DNA from: Candidatus Moranbacteria bacterium CG10_big_fil_rev_8_21_14_0_10_35_21
Lineage (GTDB): Bacteria > Patescibacteriota > Minisyncoccia > Moranbacterales > UBA2206
Assembly (NCBI GenBank): GCA_002773095.1
Contig: PFCG01000022.1
Coordinates: 1-57,156 of the forward strand
DNA length: 57,156 nt
Direction: 5' to 3'
Position 1 is the stretch's first letter, and each line of letters starts with the position of its first letter. The position numbers and the translations under genes were made by a program. Below, piece by piece: positions 1 to 11,300 of this stretch. The notes below the pieces were generated by a model. That model saw nothing but the letters and a program-made list of their open reading frames with translations, did not search any database and was not told where the DNA came from.

Positions 1-117
1 AATACTGAAAGATTACATATGGGTATTCAATTCAAAACCCCAAATTCTTTAATCAAGTGTTTCCAAGCTATTGGATAGAAAACGGTGAAAAATTACTGCT
101 ATATTAAGGAAATATCT

Positions 118-1194
118 ATGAAATATCTCAACGCTTTTAATAGAATAGCGGGAGTTGGCCCGCAAAAAATAAAAATGCTACTAGATTTTTTCGGTAGCCC
201 GGAAAAAGCTTGGCGGGCATCTTTTTCTGATTTGTTAAAATCAGGTTTGAAGGAAAAATTGGCTCTCGAAATTGAATCCAGAAGAAACGAAATTGACCCC
301 GAAGCTGAATGGGAAAAATTAGCCCAAGAAAATATCCGCGCCATAGGTCTGGATGATCCGGACTATCCCCGATTGCTCAAAGAGATTCCCAGTCCACCTT
401 TTATTCTTTATCTGAAGGGCGACTTTGATTTAAATCTGGCGCCGATAGTGACTATTGTCGGTTCCAGAAAAAATACGGCTTATGGAAATCAAGCAGCTTC
501 AGCTATCGCCCGTAGTTTAGTCGAAGCCGGATTTGTGGTGGCTAGCGGTTTAGCTTTGGGTATTGACGCTATCGCCCATCGGGCCACTCTAGATGCTGGA
601 GGAAAAACCATTGCAGTTTTGGGAAATAGTCTGGATGACGATTTTATTCACCCCCGTGCTAATTTTAATTTATCCCAAGAAATTTTAGAGTCTGGATGTT
701 TAATCAGCGAATATCCTCCAGGCACACCAGCTACTCCCTATACCTTTCCGATTCGTAATCGCATCTTGGCTGGCCTTAGTTTGGGAACAGTAATCGTGGA
801 AGCTGCCGAAAAAAGCGGCACCTTGATCACAGCACAAAACGCCTTAGAATTTAACCGAGAAGTGTTTGCTATTCCCGGATCAATCTTCTCCCCTCAATCG
901 GAAGGAGTTAATAATCTAATTAAAAAAGGGGCTAAACTTATTAGTGGAATTAAGGATATTTTGGAAGAATTAAATATGGAAACCAACCGCTCAGCTTCAG
1001 CAGTTATTCCCAAAATTCCCGAAACGCCGGAAGAAAAAATTATCCTTAAAATTCTTTCTCACGAACCAGTTCACGTTGACAATATCTCAAAACTATCTAA
1101 ACTAGGAACAGCTAGGGTTTCTTCCGCTCTTCTGATGATGGAAATCAAAGGTTGGACAAAAAATATCGGCGGACAGAACTACATACTGATGTAA
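118..1194 (+). CDS. dprA: DNA-protecting protein DprA
   Basis: Motifs IVGSRK, SGLALGIDAIAH, FPIRNRILAGLS, VEAAEKSGTLITA and a C-terminal winged helix; directly upstream of topA. ATG at 118 follows TAAGGA and is preferred over GTG at 85. Confidence 0.96.
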   Translation: MKYLNAFNRIAGVGPQKIKMLLDFFGSPEKAWRASFSDLLKSGLKEKLALEIESRRNEIDPEAEWEKLAQENIRAIGLDDPDYPRLLKEIPSPPFILYLKGDFDLNLAPIVTIVGSRKNTAYGNQAASAIARSLVEAGFVVASGLALGIDAIAHRATLDAGGKTIAVLGNSLDDDFIHPRANFNLSQEILESGCLISEYPPGTPATPYTFPIRNRILAGLSLGTVIVEAAEKSGTLITAQNALEFNREVFAIPGSIFSPQSEGVNNLIKKGAKLISGIKDILEELNMETNRSASAVIPKIPETPEEKIILKILSHEPVHVDNISKLSKLGTARVSSALLMMEIKGWTKNIGGQNYILM

Positions 1195-1213
1195 ATTTAA
1201 TATTCGTAATAAT

Positions 1214-3445
1214 ATGAAATTAGTTATCGTTGAATCCCCTACTAAAGCTAAAACTATTTCCAAATTTTTGGGGAAAAAATTTTCCGTGAAATCTTCCTAC
1301 GGTCATGTGCGTGATTTGCCCAAAAAGGAAATGGGTATTGATATTGAAAAAGATTTCGAGCCCGCCTATGTCATACCAGACAAAGCGCTGGCTCGCGTTT
1401 CTGAACTAAAAAAACTGGCAGAAAAAGCAGACATGGTGATTTTGGCTACTGACGAAGACCGCGAAGGAGAAGCTATCTCTTGGCATTTACTTTCGGCGCT
1501 AAATTTGGACGAAGACAAAACTCAAAGAATAGCCTTTCATGAAATTACCAAAACAGCTATAGAAAAAGCTTTGGAAAATCCAAGGAAAATAGATTTAAAT
1601 TTAGTAGATGCTCAGCAAGCCAGAAGAATATTGGATCGTTTGGTGGGTTATGAGCTATCGCCTTTCCTTTGGAAAAAAATTCGCCGAGGTTTAAGCGCCG
1701 GACGAGTTCAATCAGTAGCTTTACGTTTGATTGTGGAACGAGAAAAAGAAATTAAAAGTTTTAAGCCGGAAGAATACTGGAGTATCGCTGCTTGGTTAAA
1801 ATCTAAAAAAGGAGAGCTGGAAACTAAACTTCTAAAAGAAAGTGGAAAATCCATAGGCAAGATGGGAATAAAAAATAAAGCTCAAGCAGAAAAAATTTAT
1901 TCTTTCCTAAAAAAATCTCAGTTTACCGTTTCGGAAGTTTCCAAAAAAGAAGTTAAAAAAAATCCTCTACCTCCTTATACTACTTCTACTCTTCAACAAG
2001 ATGCCAATAATAAATTGGGTTATAGTTCCAAGCAAACTATGGCTATTGCCCAACAGCTTTATGAAGGAGTGAAAATCGGTCCGGAAGGCACAGTCGGTTT
2101 AATCACCTATATGCGTACTGATTCCCTAAATCTTTCTATGGAATCATTAATTGCCGCCCGTAAAATGATTGAAAAGAAATTTGGAAAAGATTTTTCATTA
2201 GAAAGTCCCCGCTTTTTCAAAACTAAATCCAAAGGAGCGCAAGAAGCTCACGAGGCTATTCGTCCAACTTTTCCAGAAAAAGATCCGGAATCCTTGAAGG
2301 AATTTTTAGACTCCAAACAATATCATCTTTATCGTTTAATTTGGCAGAGGATGTTAGCCTCTCAAATGAAAGAAGCTTTAGTTGATTCAACGACTGTGGA
2401 TATCACCGCCGAACAAAAAAATTCTCAAGAAAATTTTACTCTTCGGGCTTCCGGATCAATTATTAAATTTAAAGGCTACTTAGAAATTTATGGGGATAAG
2501 CTTCCTATGTCCGAAAATATTTTACCAGCCGTAGAACTTAAGGAAATTTTAAATTTAATTAAAATAGATTCTTCCCAAAAATTTACTCAGCCACCGGCCC
2601 GCTACAGTGAAGCCGGTTTGATTAAAGTTTTGGAAGAGAATGGTATTGGTCGTCCTTCCACTTATGCTCCCACTATTTCTACTATTATAGATAGAAACTA
2701 CGTGGAAAAAGATGAAAATCGCAAACTTTTCCCCCAAGAAATAGGTATTCTAGTTTCTGATTTATTAGTAGAACATTTTTCCGAAATTGTGGATTATAAA
2801 TTTACTGCCAAAATGGAAGCGGATTTGGATGAAATTGCCACTGGAGACAAAGAGTGGGTGCCAGTTATTCGTGATTTTTACGGACCCTTTCATAAAAATT
2901 TGAAAAGCAAAACTAAAGAAATTAAAAAAGAAGATCTTCAAGAAAAAACTGGGAATAAATGTCCCGAATGCCAAGGAGAATTGATTATCAAATTTGGTCG
3001 TTTTGGAAAATTCATTGCTTGTTCCAATTACCCCAAGTGCAAACATACCGAAAAAACCGCCGAAGAAAAAAAAGTGGACGATGAATTTAAGGGAGAAATT
3101 TGTGAAGCTTGCGGAGCTCCGATGAATGTTAAGCGAGGAAAGTTTGGCATCTTCTTAGGCTGTTCCAACTATCCAGAATGTAAAAATATTAAAAAAATAG
3201 AAAAGAAATCAGGTGTAATCTGTCCCAAATGTTCCAAGGGAGATATTGTAGAAAGAAAAAGCAAAAAAGGTCGCGTTTTCTTTAGCTGTAACACTTATCC
3301 CAAGTGTGACTTTGCACTGTGGAATAAGCCTACTGGAGAAAAATGTGAAAAATGTAGTTCTCTAATGGTTTTCGCCGCCAAAAATAAAGTTAGGTGCTCT
3401 AAGAAGGAGTGTGGTTTTGAGAAAGAGAATAACAATATCGAATGA
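1214..3445 (+). CDS. topA: DNA topoisomerase I
   Basis: TOPRIM IVESPTKAK, ATDEDREGEAI, SAGRVQS, catalytic ITYMRTDS and C-terminal C4 zinc ribbons. Confidence 0.98.
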   Translation: MKLVIVESPTKAKTISKFLGKKFSVKSSYGHVRDLPKKEMGIDIEKDFEPAYVIPDKALARVSELKKLAEKADMVILATDEDREGEAISWHLLSALNLDEDKTQRIAFHEITKTAIEKALENPRKIDLNLVDAQQARRILDRLVGYELSPFLWKKIRRGLSAGRVQSVALRLIVEREKEIKSFKPEEYWSIAAWLKSKKGELETKLLKESGKSIGKMGIKNKAQAEKIYSFLKKSQFTVSEVSKKEVKKNPLPPYTTSTLQQDANNKLGYSSKQTMAIAQQLYEGVKIGPEGTVGLITYMRTDSLNLSMESLIAARKMIEKKFGKDFSLESPRFFKTKSKGAQEAHEAIRPTFPEKDPESLKEFLDSKQYHLYRLIWQRMLASQMKEALVDSTTVDITAEQKNSQENFTLRASGSIIKFKGYLEIYGDKLPMSENILPAVELKEILNLIKIDSSQKFTQPPARYSEAGLIKVLEENGIGRPSTYAPTISTIIDRNYVEKDENRKLFPQEIGILVSDLLVEHFSEIVDYKFTAKMEADLDEIATGDKEWVPVIRDFYGPFHKNLKSKTKEIKKEDLQEKTGNKCPECQGELIIKFGRFGKFIACSNYPKCKHTEKTAEEKKVDDEFKGEICEACGAPMNVKRGKFGIFLGCSNYPECKNIKKIEKKSGVICPKCSKGDIVERKSKKGRVFFSCNTYPKCDFALWNKPTGEKCEKCSSLMVFAAKNKVRCSKKECGFEKENNNIE

Positions 3446-4971
3446 AATTGAGAGCGATCTTTTTTGTATTACAAAATATGTCTATGGAAATTATCACTAT
3501 TGAAAACGTTTTAAAAAGTATGCGGGTAACCGTCACTTCTCAGAGAGAAGCTTTAATTAGAAAAGCTTATGATTTTGCTTTAGCGGCTCATCATGGACAA
3601 AAACGCAAATCCGGAGAAGAATATATTCAACATTCCTTACGCACCGCTCTTAACTTGGCCAACATGGGAATGCGTTCACGAACAATCGCCGCCGGCCTAC
3701 TTCATGATGTGCCCGAAGATACGTCCGTTACCCTAGACGAGATTGAAAAAAATTTTGGAAAAGAAATTGCTTTCCTTATTTCCGGAATTACTAAGTTAGG
3801 AAAAATAAAATTAAGAGAAACCAAGGAAGAACTTTATTTAGAAAATCTACGTAAAATGTTTTTAGCTATGGCTTCTGATATTCGGGTTGTGATTATTAAA
3901 CTAGCTGACCGTTTGAATAATATGGAAACCCTGGATGCTTTATCGGAAGAAAAACAACGCCGCATTGCACTGGAAACTATGGAAGTTTACGCACCCATCG
4001 CCAATCGATTGGGTATTGGAGATATGAAAGATAAATTAGAAGATTTATCTTTCAAATATTTGGATAAAGAAAACTACGAAAAAACCCAGAAGCTTAAGGA
4101 AGAGGCTTTAGGAAAAAGCAAAAAATTTATCATCTTAGCTACCACTGAAATTAAGAAGGAATTGAAAAAAAGCGGAATCAAAGTCGTTGATGTTTTTGGG
4201 AGAACTAAACATCTTTACAGTCTTTATCAAAAATTGAAACGCTATGATATGGATATCGCTAAAGTTTACGATCTCTATGGAGTTCGGATAATTGTTCCGG
4301 AAGTAGCTGATTGTTATGAAGCCCTGGGTATCGTTCATAAAAAATATCATCCTTTAATTGGAAGGATTAAGGATTATATTTCTCTGCCTAAGCCTAACGG
4401 TTATCAATCAATTCACACTACAGTTTTTGGACCAGACGGCTTAATTATGGAGGTGCAGATTAGAACCCAAAAAATGGACATTGAATCTGAATTCGGAATC
4501 GCTGCTCATTGGATTTATTCCGATCATCGAAAAGATTGGAAAGACTTTTTCTTCAAAAAAGCTAAGCCTATTCCTGAAGAAGAATTAATTTGGGTTAAAC
4601 AACTTCGCGAATGGCAAAGTGAACTAGGTAAAGATAATCAAGAATTCGTGGAAAGTCTAAAAATAGATTTTTTCAAAAATCATATTTTTGCTTTTACTCC
4701 AATGGGAGATATTATTGATCTTCCGGAAGAAGCCACCCCTATTGATTTTGCCTATAAGGTTCATAGTCAAATCGGCCATCGCGCTGTCGGAGCCAAAGTA
4801 GATAAACGCATTGTTCCCTTGGATTATAAAATTAAAAATGGAGAAGTAGTTGAAATTATCACTTCCAAGGAAACTAAAAATCCCAGTCGCGATTGGCTGA
4901 GATTTGTGAGAACTTCTATGTCCAAAAGTGCTATTCGAAAAACACTTAAAAAAAACGATTTACTTAATTAA
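3442..4971 (+). CDS. rel: RelA/SpoT homologue (HD + synthetase + TGS, no ACT domain)
   Basis: HHGQKRKSGEEY, LLHDVPED, KLADRLNNM, KPNGYQSIHT, EVQIRT and TGS TPIDFAYKVHS. True start may be ATG at 3478. Confidence 0.92.
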   Translation: MKLRAIFFVLQNMSMEIITIENVLKSMRVTVTSQREALIRKAYDFALAAHHGQKRKSGEEYIQHSLRTALNLANMGMRSRTIAAGLLHDVPEDTSVTLDEIEKNFGKEIAFLISGITKLGKIKLRETKEELYLENLRKMFLAMASDIRVVIIKLADRLNNMETLDALSEEKQRRIALETMEVYAPIANRLGIGDMKDKLEDLSFKYLDKENYEKTQKLKEEALGKSKKFIILATTEIKKELKKSGIKVVDVFGRTKHLYSLYQKLKRYDMDIAKVYDLYGVRIIVPEVADCYEALGIVHKKYHPLIGRIKDYISLPKPNGYQSIHTTVFGPDGLIMEVQIRTQKMDIESEFGIAAHWIYSDHRKDWKDFFFKKAKPIPEEELIWVKQLREWQSELGKDNQEFVESLKIDFFKNHIFAFTPMGDIIDLPEEATPIDFAYKVHSQIGHRAVGAKVDKRIVPLDYKIKNGEVVEIITSKETKNPSRDWLRFVRTSMSKSAIRKTLKKNDLLN

Positions 4972-5911
4972 CAATTCTGCTTAGAATATTATCCAACTCT
5001 TCTTGGGAATAATAATCAATGACTATTTTTCCTCCCGAACCGAATCGGGAAACTTTAACCTTAGTTCCCAGCGCTTCTAAAAGTTTTTCTTCAATAGCTT
5101 TGACTTCTGGATCAATATGCATAGTTCGTTTATGAGTTCTAACTGAGATTTCTTTGGTTTTATCTTCCGTCTGGCGAACTGTTAAATTGCTTTTTAAAAT
5201 TAATTCAAAAAGGGCTCTTTGTTTTTCCGGATTTTCAATGGCTAGAATGGCCTTGGCATGACCTTCGGTAATTTGCCCATTCATTAAGGCTTTTTGCGCT
5301 TCCACTTGTAGATTCAACAAGCGAATTTTATTGGCTACTCCGCTTCGACTTTTGCCCACTTTGACAGAAACTTCTTCTTGGCTTAGTTCAAATTCACTGA
5401 TTAATTTTTGATAGGCTTTGCCCTCTTCTATTGGATTCAAATCATGACGATGAATATTTTCCACAATCGCCAACTCTAATTTTTCTTGTTCCCCTGCTTC
5501 TCTCACGATGATGGGGATTTTTTTTAGTCCAGCCAACTTAGCCGCCTGTAATCTTCTTTCTCCCGCAATTAGTTCAAATTGGCGACCATTTTTGGTAACT
5601 ACTAACGGCTGAATAAGCCCATGATTTTTTATAGAGTCGGATAATTCTTTTATTTTATCTTCATCAAATATAATTCTGGGTTGATGCGGGTTAGGCACTA
5701 TTTCTTCTATATTGACTTCTTGAATAGAATTGCCAGGTGATTTGTTTTGATTGGAATTTTGATTTTCTTTTCCTGAATCACGACTATCCGCACCAAAATA
5801 GTTATAATTTTCCCTTGGAGTATTTATTTTTTTCTCCTCTGGTTGAGCTCCGGATTTTTTTTGTGGGATAAGAGAAGCCAATCCCCTACCTAAACCATAA
5901 TTTTGTGACAT
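4964..5911 (-). CDS. parB: ParB/Spo0J partition protein
   Basis: GLGRGLASLI, PNPHQPR, LIAGERRLQA, ENIHRHDLNPIEE; adjacent to parA. Confidence 0.96.
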   Translation of the reverse strand: MSQNYGLGRGLASLIPQKKSGAQPEEKKINTPRENYNYFGADSRDSGKENQNSNQNKSPGNSIQEVNIEEIVPNPHQPRIIFDEDKIKELSDSIKNHGLIQPLVVTKNGRQFELIAGERRLQAAKLAGLKKIPIIVREAGEQEKLELAIVENIHRHDLNPIEEGKAYQKLISEFELSQEEVSVKVGKSRSGVANKIRLLNLQVEAQKALMNGQITEGHAKAILAIENPEKQRALFELILKSNLTVRQTEDKTKEISVRTHKRTMHIDPEVKAIEEKLLEALGTKVKVSRFGSGGKIVIDYYSQEELDNILSRIVN

Positions 5912-5928
5912 ATTTTTATTTTATATTT

Positions 5929-6717
5929 TTATACGGAAAAATTAGTTTTTGTATTTTTATCTCTTTCGATAATTTCTCTGGCTAAATTTTTATAAGCTCT
6001 CGCACCTTTGGATAATGAATCGAAATTTAAAATCGATTTACCAAAACCAGGTGCTTCAGCTAAGCGGACTGATCTAGGAATAATACTCTCAAAAACATGC
6101 CCAGGAAAATGGTCACGCACTTCTTTGATTACTTGGCGAGACAAACGATTTCTCTTATCATACATAGTCAACACAGCTCCCATTATTTTTAATTCCGGTT
6201 GAAGATTTTCACGCACTAAATTTATCGTGCTCAATAATTGACTTAAACCTTCCAAGGCAAAATATTCAGTCTGGACCGGAATAATTATTTCATCGCTGGC
6301 CACTAAACCATTAATGGTTAGTAATCCAAGACTAGGTGGAGAATCAATAATTATATAATCATAGTTGGTGCGAATTTCCCGTAAAACATTATACAAACGA
6401 AATTCTCGATTATCCAAGTGGACCAACTCTATTCCAGCTCCGGCTAAATCCTGTGATGATGGCAGTAAGTCATGACCGACTGTTTCAGTTTTAATAATAA
6501 TTTTTTCCGGATGTTCTCCCAACACCATAGAATGATAAAGACTTTTTTCAAGATTCCTAGTGTCAACACCGATACCAGAAGAGGCATTGCCTTGCGGATC
6601 CAAATCAACTAGCAACACAAACTTTCCGGCTTCCGCCAGATAGGTTGCCAGATTAATGGCGGAGGTGGTTTTTCCCACTCCTCCCTTTTGGTTGACTAAA
6701 GAAATAATTTTCGCCAT
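5929..6717 (-). CDS. parA: ParA/Soj ATPase
   Basis: NQKGGVGKTT, DLDPQGNAS, IDSPPSLG. Start moved to MAKIIS at 6717 because the longer ORF runs into the tRNA. Confidence 0.96.
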   Translation of the reverse strand: MAKIISLVNQKGGVGKTTSAINLATYLAEAGKFVLLVDLDPQGNASSGIGVDTRNLEKSLYHSMVLGEHPEKIIIKTETVGHDLLPSSQDLAGAGIELVHLDNREFRLYNVLREIRTNYDYIIIDSPPSLGLLTINGLVASDEIIIPVQTEYFALEGLSQLLSTINLVRENLQPELKIMGAVLTMYDKRNRLSRQVIKEVRDHFPGHVFESIIPRSVRLAEAPGFGKSILNFDSLSKGARAYKNLAREIIERDKNTKTNFSV

Positions 6718-6760
6718 AATTAAGTATATTATACTATGGTTTACGGTATATTCAAAAAAG

Positions 6761-6844
6761 GCCACTGTGGTGAAATTGGTATACACGCAGCACTCAAAAT
6801 GCTGTGGGGGCAACTCCATGTCGGTTCGAGTCCGACCAGTGGCA
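6761..6844 (+). tRNA. tRNA-Leu (anticodon CAA)
   Basis: Acceptor GCCACTG/CAGTGGC, D loop GAAATTGGTA, anticodon arm CAGCA-CTCAAAA-TGCTG, long variable arm, T arm GTCGG-TTCGAGT-CCGAC, discriminator A; CCA not encoded. Confidence 0.95.
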
Positions 6845-6851
6845 CAAAAAA

Positions 6852-6913
6852 TAGAGTTTCCGCCAAAGGCGGATCACGTCGAATGACTGTGGCGACTCTC
6901 TCTCGCGGCACAA
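6852..6913 (+). other. 3' tRNA fragment interrupted in the T loop by a double-hairpin element
   Basis: Removing 6859-6892 gives TAGAG-TTCGACT-CTCTC-TCGCGGC-A-CAA, which is T arm plus acceptor 3' strand geometry. Confidence 0.6.
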
Positions 6914-7028
6914 AAAATATATTTTTCTCTAGAAACAAACTAAACTACACAACGGAAACTATTATTTTTTGCAACATATTTCAAGGTATCTTAAAAAAAT
7001 TAATGCTTAAATTACAAAATTTATACAA

Positions 7029-7226
7029 ATGATAGCGATTATAAAAAAATATCTCGAAGAAAATCCCAAAATAAAAAAAATAGTGGCTATATTTATGATT
7101 TTTATTGGTTTTATAGCTCTTATCACGCCTTTTTCGCCTGGCTCATGGTTACTGTTTGTTGGATTTGAATTATTGGGCTTGAGAGTTTTATTTTTTAATA
7201 AAATAAAATTTTGGAGGAGGAAATAA
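7029..7226 (+). CDS. Small membrane protein (PGPGW-like)
   Basis: Two hydrophobic segments around TPFSPGSW. Confidence 0.6.
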   Translation: MIAIIKKYLEENPKIKKIVAIFMIFIGFIALITPFSPGSWLLFVGFELLGLRVLFFNKIKFWRRK

Positions 7227-7238
7227 AACAATTATATT

Positions 7239-8039
7239 TTATTTTTTAGTCAACCGATATACATTTTCCAAAAGACAGGCAATCGTCACTGGTCCTACTC
7301 CACCAGGAACCGGAGAAATAGCACTAATAATATTTTTGACTGATTCAAAATCCACATCCCCCACCACTTTGCCGTTAATTTTGCTGATACCGCCGTCAAT
7401 CACGATTACTCCTTCTTTTAGCATATTTCCGGAAATTAATTTTGGTTTTCCCACTGCGGTTATAATAATATCCGCTTTTTTTATTAAATCTAAACTATTT
7501 TCCAAATCTTTCACTAAAATATATTTACTTTTATTTTTTTTCTGTTCTAACATTCCAACCATCGTTTCTCCAAATTCTTTTGAATTAGCTACCACTATTC
7601 CAAATTTTCCCGACACTTCCTGTTCGCTACTTTCAGCTAGGCGCATAATAGCACTAGGAAAAACCGGCAAAGATTGACTTTCTACAGAAAACCCATCAGC
7701 ATCTTTTTCCGGAGCAATGCTACTGATAATTTTTTGGGTATTAAATTTTTCTGGCAAGGGCAGCTGAACGATAATGCCAGTTATATTTTTATCAGTATTT
7801 AAGTTCTTTATTAATTCGATAATTTCTGGCTCAGAATTTTTCTCCGTAAAATTATAAAGTTTAAATTTTATTCCAGCTTCTTCTGCCGCTTTTTTCTTAA
7901 GTCGGACATAAAGTTCCGAGGCTTCATTTTGGCCGACCAAAACTACAGCCAGACCTAGTTCCAGATTTTGCTGGCTTATTTTTTCTTTGAGCTCTTTGAG
8001 AATTTTATCGGCAATTTCTCGCCCTCTGATTATTTTCAT
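7239..8039 (-). CDS. folD: Methylenetetrahydrofolate dehydrogenase/cyclohydrolase
   Basis: GIIVQLPLP, EKDADGF, GDVDF, SPVPGGVGPVTIACLLEN. Confidence 0.93.
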   Translation of the reverse strand: MKIIRGREIADKILKELKEKISQQNLELGLAVVLVGQNEASELYVRLKKKAAEEAGIKFKLYNFTEKNSEPEIIELIKNLNTDKNITGIIVQLPLPEKFNTQKIISSIAPEKDADGFSVESQSLPVFPSAIMRLAESSEQEVSGKFGIVVANSKEFGETMVGMLEQKKNKSKYILVKDLENSLDLIKKADIIITAVGKPKLISGNMLKEGVIVIDGGISKINGKVVGDVDFESVKNIISAISPVPGGVGPVTIACLLENVYRLTKK

Positions 8040-8060
8040 ATTTAGTCAGTATACATTTTT

Positions 8061-8285
8061 TTAATTTTTTGTCACTATTTGGTTAGAATTATTTATTCCC
8101 TTTAACTTTTTCTTCATCTCCTTCAAAAACTTCTTAATTATTTCTATATCTTTTTCAGTATAAAAACGCCATCCTCTGGAGTCTTTTTGAGGATGTAAAA
8201 TAAGCCCAGCGCGTTCCCAGCGTAGGATAGTGTTTCGATCTCTATCTATGAGATTCTCTACATCTTTAACTCGGATATATGTCAT
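8061..8285 (-). CDS. MerR-type HTH protein (copy 1)
   Basis: RNTILRWERAGLI..PQKDSRGWRFYTEKDI is the MerR HTH-wing pattern. Confidence 0.85.
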   Translation of the reverse strand: MTYIRVKDVENLIDRDRNTILRWERAGLILHPQKDSRGWRFYTEKDIEIIKKFLKEMKKKLKGINNSNQIVTKN

Positions 8286-8323
8286 AAACTTTTATTAAAC
8301 TCAAACCTTAATTCATAATTCGT

Positions 8324-11300
8324 CTACCTCCTTACCCACCCAAATATATCTTGGAAATTATTGATTATCATTTGCACTACATTTTCTTTTCTTCTCGGAG
8401 TTAACAAAGCATACTCGGTAGAAGTGCCTTCGTTACCGGATTTATCAATAGATTTAGCTTTGAAATAATAAACAGTGCCAGGTTTGAAAATAGTCACTAC
8501 CGCAATATGGCTCGGAGCAAAGTCTTCACTGATTTTAACTTCTTTTTCTTGTCCGGATTTACCTTCTTTGTAGATTAAAGCTGTCGTAGCCGGTTCATCA
8601 GTGGTCCAAGAAATAATAGTTTGTACTCTATCGCCTTGAGCTAAAGCCGAGTCAGTTCTAATCTGATCTATCTTAGGAGCATTTTCATCTTTTCCGGTAG
8701 TAAAGTTGGGACCATCTTGTTCAGTTTCATTCCCCTCTTCATCTCGGGCTTTAATCTTAGTAGAGAAAGTGGTGCCAGCTATTAGGTTTTTCAATTCTAC
8801 TTCATGAGTAGAAGTTAATGTTGGGACTCCTTGAAAACCAGAACCTTTACCTTCAGATAAATCAGTGTAGGAAATGAGAGCGTCAGTCGGCACGTTGGTA
8901 GTAAATTTAACTACCACTGAGTTTTCAGTCACATCCGTAATCTCAGTTCCCGAAATAGCTGGAGGTGATTTGGGCTCGAAAGTATAATCTCCGGAAGAAT
9001 ACAAATTATTAGTTGCATCCTTACCTTTGACTCGGAAATGATAAATTTGAGAAGAAATTAAACTGGTTAAAGTCACTTCGTGAACTTTAGTGAGAGTGGT
9101 GGATTCTTTAGTTTCTCCATAAGAAGTTGTTAATCCGTATTCCACAGTGGAAGTGGTATCTTTAGAAGTACTCCAGGTAATGACAGCTTGATTCAGTGAA
9201 GTAGAAACTACTTTAATGGAAGATAAAGTGGACGGTTCGCTGGTGGTGAAGTTGCCTTGAGCAGATTCGGCGATGTTGCCGGCGGCGTCCGTTGAAATAA
9301 TTGTGTAATAATATTTGGAAGCCGGGATTAAACCATTAATGATTACTGAATGATCAGTTACATAATTAGCTGAATCTGAATTAACTTCATAATTTCCAGC
9401 GATATTATCGTAAGTTCCATCTACTAACCCATAGGCTACTAAACTATTAGCCTCTTCGTCGGTTGTCCATGTTGCTGTGACTGATTCTCCGGTAATTGTC
9501 CCAATATTAATTCCACTGATAGATGGAGCGGTTGCATCAGCTGTATCTCCCCATCCGCTACTAGTTAAAAGTTCAGCTGAAGTAATAAATGAATATTCCG
9601 AAGACATAACCGTATTATCCAAATTATCCACACAAGTAATGCGATAATAATAAGTAGTGGAAAATATCAACCCAGTAACGTGGATGGAATGATTAGAATT
9701 ATATAAAGTTTCCGCAATTGGAACTTCGGTATAAGATCCAGAAGCAGTACCATATTCAATGGTACACTTGGCGTTTTGATCCGTATTAAAAGTAACCACG
9801 GCCTTAGTATCAGTAATCACTGAAGGTGGATCGGCAATATTCGTAATGGCACTCAACGCATCATGTTGTTCTCCTGGAACTCTCAATGTAGTAAAATTAT
9901 ATTCTACAGAAATAGTTGAGTTAGTATTGATATCAACGGAAGTAACGGTGTAATAATATTTAGTGTTGGCGGTGAGACCAGTGAGAATAACATAATGACT
10001 TTTGTCATAAGTGGCCACTGTTCCTGTGCTACCCAAAACTCCAGAAACAGTTCCGTAGGATACTTTGCTGTTAGCATTTTCATCGGTGGTCCAATTAATA
10101 GCCGCGGAAGTGTTGTTAATAATAGCGACATTAGGATTGGAAATAACTGGAGCCACCACATCCGAAGTCGTTACAAAGGAATAAAAGTTTCCAGCATTAT
10201 TATCTGTAGCCACATTAGACGAAGCATCCGTTGATTGGACATAGAAATAATAGGTAGTTCCACTCACCAATGGACTGCCTTCAAAACTGTTAACTATTTG
10301 AGTATGCACATATGGATAACTGCCTCCCACTAAACCTCCCGATACTGCCGGTATTGTTTCAGCACCAACCAATGCTCCACTAGACAAAGTATCAGAATAA
10401 ATTACTTGAGTATCGGAATCTACCGTGGTTAGCCAACTGATAGTTACTTGATTATTACTAACTTGAGGAGCGGTTACATTGGAAATAGCCGGACCATCCA
10501 GAGTAGTAAACGTATAATTGGCAATTGGAGAAGATCCTGGACTATCTTTGTCATTAGTTGCTTCATTACCGCTCGCATCCTGTGATTTTACTTGAATATT
10601 ATAGATCGTATTGGGTAGTATTCCAGTGACAATAACGGAGTGACTAGTTACCATAGAAGCATTTCCGGTTGTGGGTAAATATGTCGCATCGGTAGAATAA
10701 CCCACACTAGAACTGGACAATTCATTGGTCGTCCACGTTACCGTGGCCGAGGTGGTACCGATACCAGATATCGCTACACTCGAAATAGTTGGCGCGGTAG
10801 AATCACTAGACCCAGCTCCATCGGGAATATCATCCACAGTATCAGAATAAGCTGAAAGATTGCCTGCGGAGTCTTGAACATTTATTTTGTAATAATAATG
10901 AGTAGCAGCCGTAAGCCCACTATCAATAACATAATTAACTGTTCGATCGGTTGAGGTTTGCGCCTTCAACCAAATGGCATCACCAGTAGAATGGGAAGCC
11001 GCCACAGTATTATTTACTCCTCTGGTTATAGTTCCTCCCAGATCATTAGTTGACTTTGAAGTATAAGTTATTTGTTCATCGCCGATAATAATTGTTCCGG
11101 AAGTTGGCAAAAGTGAACCATTTGTGACTGTGATGGCTGTTGTGTCAGAGTTAGTTAGTTCCTCATTAAGAGTTAGCGATGATCCGGCAGAGCGCCAGAG
11201 GTTATAGCTAGTAAATCCAGCTCCGACTTCTGAACCAGAAATAGTATTCCAAGCAATAAATTCACGATAAATACTATTACCAGAATCGGAAGTATCATAA

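Noticed and set aside
6718..7032. ORF-track extension of parA and short ORFs across the tRNA
   Set aside because: They overlap tRNA-Leu and have no recognisable protein features.
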